Shown: piece by piece, positions 38,106-40,886 of the stretch
How positions within the stretch are numbered: position 1 is the first letter of the stretch
Layout: the number at the start of each line of letters is the position of its first letter
Assembly (NCBI GenBank): GCA_963666315.2
Contig: CAXXHG010000012.1
Location: 1-40,886 of the forward strand
Length of the DNA: 40,886 nucleotides
Direction of reading: 5' to 3'
DNA from: Candidatus Binatia bacterium
GTDB lineage: Bacteria; Desulfobacterota; Binatia; Bin18
Notes under the pieces: model-generated
Told to the model about the DNA's origin: nothing
Databases searched by the model: none
Seen by the model: only the letters and a program-made list of their open reading frames with translations
Program-made: the position numbers and the translations under genes

Positions 38106-38133
38106 CATCAATAACATCAATAACATCAATAAT
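38101..38133 (+). repeat. 9-bp tandem repeat (AATAACATC)x3 plus partial copy, overlapping the mlaA stop
   Basis: Read directly: aataacatc aataacatc aataacatc aataat. Confidence 0.9.
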
Positions 38134-38291
38134 ATCCTGCCGTCCCTGCCTAAGCGAGTGGTCGTTATGCGGCCGAGCGTCGAAACCTTCCTGCTTGTTC
38201 TTTGTTTGTGTCTTGAGAACAGGCCCTGACCACCTGCTTGCCTTTGGACGAGGCCGGAAATACAAGAAGACATACTGCGTTGAGGAGGCTC

Positions 38292-38876
38292 ATGCTGGGA
38301 AAAATTATTCTCTTGATTGCGCTGATTCTTGCCCCTCAACTGGGGTGGGCGGATTCTCCAGCGGACGTCACTAAGCATCTGATTTCTACGATGCAAGCGT
38401 GCGGACAGGAATTGGGGTCTCCCTCTGCGCCACCGGAGTGTACAAGCGAAGAAATAGAGAAACATCTGGCCATTGCCCAGCTCGCCCGCTGGCTGATGGG
38501 TCCGCACTGGGACACAATCGGCACGGAAAAACAAACGGACTTCAGCGGGCTCTTGTCGGGCTTGTTGAGAGAGCTGGCCTATCCGCGCGCCTCGGAATTC
38601 CTTGCCGAGACCCAGTTTGAATACGGTGACACATTGCTCAAAGGAAATGAGGCTTTAGTCGAAGTTTCGGTGGTGAATCCGGATGAAGGTCGGGTCGATA
38701 TTGGTTTTCGGCTGAACCAGTCCGGTAGCGTTTGGAAGATTTGGGATGTCCGGCTCGATGGGGTGAGCATGGCTGGCAATCTCCGCAAACAAGTCCAAAA
38801 AATCATGGTGAAGCAGTCCTACGAAGAGCTGGTGAAGCGTATGCGGAAGAAAATTACTTCTGCTAAAACCGGATAA
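38292..38876 (+). CDS. MlaC/Ttg2D (HpnM-like) periplasmic lipid-binding protein
   Basis: Signal peptide, 'LARWLMG.HW', 'WKIWDV..DGVSM...LR.Q'; GAGGAGG SD; follows mlaA. Confidence 0.82.
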   Translation: MLGKIILLIALILAPQLGWADSPADVTKHLISTMQACGQELGSPSAPPECTSEEIEKHLAIAQLARWLMGPHWDTIGTEKQTDFSGLLSGLLRELAYPRASEFLAETQFEYGDTLLKGNEALVEVSVVNPDEGRVDIGFRLNQSGSVWKIWDVRLDGVSMAGNLRKQVQKIMVKQSYEELVKRMRKKITSAKTG

Positions 38877-38946
38877 GTCTAGGTTTGGATAAGTCCGAAC
38901 CTGGCCCTGCTTGATACGCTGCGCATATTCCGTGCACCCCCTGCGC

Positions 38947-38975
38947 TTGAGCAAAAACTATCGCTACGATAGACT
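38947..38975 (+). promoter_or_regulatory. Putative sigma70 promoter upstream of the MMPL gene
   Basis: TTGAGC-N17-TAGACT. Confidence 0.45.
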
Positions 38976-39190
38976 GCCTGGCTCGGAAAGTCAGATAGGA
39001 AAGGACGGCTGGAAGCATACGTTTCCCCCGTGTGTTTATGGGGCGTGGCTCCTACCTTTAACGTGGCGGGCGGGCTCATCGCGGTAAACAGTAGGCGGTC
39101 AAGGCGAAGATCCTCCATCTCTCTCTGCCCCCTTTGCCGTATCCTCCCGACCTTATACCCTCCTCATTACTTTTATCGGAGACAAAGAAC

Positions 39191-40886
39191 GTGCTAGATT
39201 CTCCCTCCTTCTTTAGACAGCGGCTTGTTGCATTAGAAAAACGCGGGTTGCGAGCTGCGGCTCGGGGCGTTGTCTCCTATGCCAAGACTATTCTCAGTAT
39301 ATGCCTACTCATTTCTGTTGCGGCTTCGTTTTATACTGTTCAGCACCTTGAACTGGTGACAGGTCGGAATGATCTGATTTCGACCGACAAGCGCTATCTC
39401 CAGCTCGATGAGGAGTATTCTGAAGAATTCGTCGGCGTTGACCAAGTCGTTGTCGTCGTCGAACCCCAAGATATTGCGCAAGGCAAAGCCTTTATCACAC
39501 GTCTGGGTGAACGACTTGCTCAGGACCGCGAGCACATTTCAGAAATTTTTTATCGGGTTGATATATCCTCATTAGAAGGTAAAAAATTACTGTATTTGTC
39601 CGCTGCCGATCTGCACGATTTACAGCGAAATCTTGAAGACTCCCAAGAGATCATCCATGACCTGCTTGCCAATCCCGGTTTGAATACACTGATCGAAACA
39701 ATCAATACCCAGGTCAGTAGCGCCGTTGTCTCGCATTTGGTCGAGGACCTTCTCGGTCTCGGGACTGAGACCGAATCAGAAGAAGGGTCTGGAGAATTCT
39801 CTGCCTCGCAGCTGTCATTCCTCAAGGCTTTGTTACAAGAGATTGCACGAGCCTTAAAAGGGGGCGAGTATCGCTACCGCTCCCCATGGGCGGAGTTTTT
39901 CGGCGGCACGGGAGAGCTTGATGACGACGGATTTCTCATTTCTGAGAACCGCAAATTCATGTTTTTTATGGTCGAGGCCAAAGAGGACGAAGCTGCGGGT
40001 TTCAACGATCTCCAAGACTCAATGGCGGCTATCCGCCAGGCGATTACCGATACCAAGGCGGAATTCCCCTGCGTGGCTGCCGGAGTGACCGGAACTAAAG
40101 CGTTGGGGAATGACGAAATGCTCAGCGCCCAAAACGATACTGCTGTTGCGACCGTGGTGTCGCTAGCCGGTATTGCCCTCCTATACATTCTCTTTTTTCG
40201 GCGGGTTCGGCATCCGCTGTTTATTATCTCCGCCCTCATGATCGGACTGAGCTGGACCATGGGGTTTGTGGCTCTCTCTGTCGGCCACCTCACCATTATC
40301 ACGGTCTTTGTCGCGCCTATGTTACTCGGCTTGGCAGACGATTTTGGCGTCCACTTTATAACCCGCTACGAGGAAGAGCGCCGCAAGGGGGAGGACCGCG
40401 CGCAGGCTATTGCCATCGTTTTTGAGCAGACTGTGCCGAGTATTATCGCGGGGGCATTGACTACAGCGTTGGCCTTTTTTGCGATTGTGCTGGCTGACTT
40501 TCGGGGGATCCAGGAGCTGGGCGTGATCTCTGGCGCCGGCATTCTGCTGTGTCTGCTTGCCGTACTGACCTTTCTCCCGGCATTAATCATCAGCGTGGAC
40601 TCATTTTGGCCTTGGTCCGTCTCATCTGGACAGCAAACAAGCTCAACAAGCGCCTTTTTCAAACTGGGAAAGATGGTCGAACAGACACGCGGCATACTCT
40701 TCGTCGTGGTTGGGCTTGCGACGCTTGCGGGATTGTTTGCCCTGCCTCTGGTCTCCTTTGACTACAACTTATTGAACCTCCAAGCCCACGGGACGGAGTC
40801 TGTTGAGTGGGAAAAGCGGATTATTGAAAACTCCGAGCGCTCATCATGGAACGCTTTGGCTACGGCTTCGACGCCGCAAGCCGCTC
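39191..40886 (+). CDS. MMPL/RND family lipid transporter (HpnN-like), 3'-truncated by the window
   Basis: Manual translation of the start and TM region: GTG 39191, TM1, 'TGRNDLI', 'LLYLS', 'GVTGTKAL..DE', 'LLGLADDFGVHFITRYEEE', 'GALTTALAF...DFRGIQELG'. Absent from the ORF track, consistent with the frame running off the window end. Confidence 0.88.
   Translation, partial: MLDSPSFFRQRLVALEKRGLRAAARGVVSYAKTILSICLLISVAASFYTVQHLELVTGRNDLISTDKRYLQLDEEYSEEFVGVDQVVVVVEPQDIAQGKAFITRLGERLAQDREHISEIFYRVDISSLEGKKLLYLSAADLHDLQRNLEDSQEIIHDLLANPGLNTLIETINTQVSSAVVSHLVEDLLGLGTETESEEGSGEFSASQLSFLKALLQEIARALKGGEYRYRSPWAEFFGGTGELDDDGFLISENRKFMFFMVEAKEDEAAGFNDLQDSMAAIRQAITDTKAEFPCVAAGVTGTKALGNDEMLSAQNDTAVATVVSLAGIALLYILFFRRVRHPLFIISALMIGLSWTMGFVALSVGHLTIITVFVAPMLLGLADDFGVHFITRYEEERRKGEDRAQAIAIVFEQTVPSIIAGALTTALAFFAIVLADFRGIQELGVISGAGILLCLLAVLTFLPALIISVDSFWPWSVSSGQQTSSTSAFFKLGKMVEQTRGILFVVVGLATLAGLFALPLVSFDYNLLNLQAHGTESVEWEKRIIENSERSSWNALATASTPQAA

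Overview
Bacterial chromosomal window of about 55% GC by eye. The gene content looks Deltaproteobacteria-like, possibly Binatota; this is inference and was not verified. From left to right it holds: the end of a bat (BatB/C-D-E) operon; a Cys-less thiolase-like/DUF35 pair; two convergent type II toxin-antitoxin loci (hicAB and yefM-yoeB); a DUF3565/DUF1971-like gene, a FAD oxidase and typA behind an SDR pseudogene; an SprA-related gene and a stop-interrupted ORF behind a sigma54-type promoter; HAD and ferritin-like genes; an AAA+/vWA pair; the housekeeping run cofC-miaA-accA-pheA-hisC-tyrA-aroA-cmk-rpsA-ihfB on the minus strand; thiolase-rsmD-coaD-aminotransferase; Nudix and Gfo/Idh/MocA genes; and a hydrolase-thiolase-like-DUF35-PHP-MaoC-MaoC cluster running into mlaA-mlaC-MMPL(HpnN-like). 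The most striking signal is at the yefM/yoeB junction: a perfect 19-bp hairpin covers the antitoxin stop codon, and the intact toxin frame has no start codon but lies in the -1 frame behind an A6 run. Several genes between 5.4 and 13.7 kb show decay, and short tandem duplications recur near gene ends. No rRNA, tRNA, CRISPR array or transposase was seen.
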